A stretch of DNA of 64,000 nucleotides from Synechococcales cyanobacterium VAR_4_metabat_354 (lineage in GTDB: Bacteria; Cyanobacteriota; Cyanobacteriia; Cyanobacteriales; Chamaesiphonaceae), in assembly GCA_031414775.1 (NCBI GenBank), contig JANOQI010000016.1, positions 192,001-256,000 on the forward strand. Reading direction: 5' to 3'. This document shows, in pieces, positions 63,597 to 64,000 of this stretch. The notes under the pieces were generated by a model, which saw only the letters and a program-made list of their open reading frames with translations, ran no database searches and was not told the origin of the DNA. A program made the translations under genes and the position numbers. Numbering within the stretch: position 1 is the stretch's first letter; each line of letters begins with the position of its first letter.

Positions 63597-64000
63597 ATGC
63601 CGATCGAGACTTGGTTTCCGCTGGCGATTTACTACGATGATTTAGCCGATGCTCCCCAGCATCAGCAAGCTTTACTCGATGCCGTACTGCAATTAGAACG
63701 AGATGGAGATGATCGGCGGGCATATCCAGAAATGGCCTGGACTGGAGATTTACATGGTGTCGAGCAAATCCATTCTGATCCACGCTTTGCCTGGGTGGTA
63801 GATCAAGTCGAGGAGCACACTTTAATTTATTTACAAGATCTGGGCATCGATACCAGTAAGGTACAGCTATATATCCAAAGAGCGTGGCCGATCGTTTCAC
63901 GCACACTGCAAGAAGTGGGTGCCCATTGTCATAATACGGCGCATGTCAGTGCGGTGTATTATATTGCGGTGCCAGAGTCAGAGGAAGAAGACCCCGGTAG
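63597..64000 (+). CDS. Putative 2OG-Fe(II) oxygenase (TIGR02466-like), runs off window
   Basis: Hand translation: MPIETWFPLAIYY...AWTGDLHG...RAWPIV...HCHNTAHVSAVYYIAVP (HxH followed by S.VYY). Confidence 0.75.
   Translation, partial: MPIETWFPLAIYYDDLADAPQHQQALLDAVLQLERDGDDRRAYPEMAWTGDLHGVEQIHSDPRFAWVVDQVEEHTLIYLQDLGIDTSKVQLYIQRAWPIVSRTLQEVGAHCHNTAHVSAVYYIAVPESEEEDPG

Noticed and set aside
63571..63906. 111-aa minus-strand ORF
   Set aside because: Antisense to the plus-strand oxygenase-like gene starting at 63597.

Overview
Chromosomal segment of a beta-cyanobacterium, judged from petCA, CpcD-domain petH, prk, ftsH2 and very dense CGATCG/GCGATCGC/TCGATCGA HIP1-type palindromes. Most of the window is housekeeping: purS, zur, the pncB-nadD-nrtR-nadE NAD salvage operon with an NrtR-type operator, gatB, nrdR, trmD, polA, rpmG-rpsR-rnb, gltX and mutL. 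Three parts stand out. (1) 6.4-15.3 kb is a ribosomal peptide (RiPP)-type cluster. It has an APH-like kinase, a HopA1-family lyase-like protein that appears to have lost its conserved basic residues, and an 87-aa double-glycine precursor with a Gly/Lys/His/Ser-rich core and Cys/Pro tail. A convergent export module encodes a cNMP+C39-peptidase ABC transporter, a REC-HlyD fusion and a parvulin-like protein. (2) A chlN-chlB-chlL operon of the Prochlorococcus/marine Synechococcus/proteobacterial type sits in this HIP1-rich host. (3) An accessory island between gltX and mutL holds an intact IS982 inside a pseudogene, a gene pair flanked by 57-bp direct repeats, an IS5-like stub, and an acyltransferase followed by a well-formed integron attC-like site. 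All calls come from reading motifs by eye; no database searches were run.
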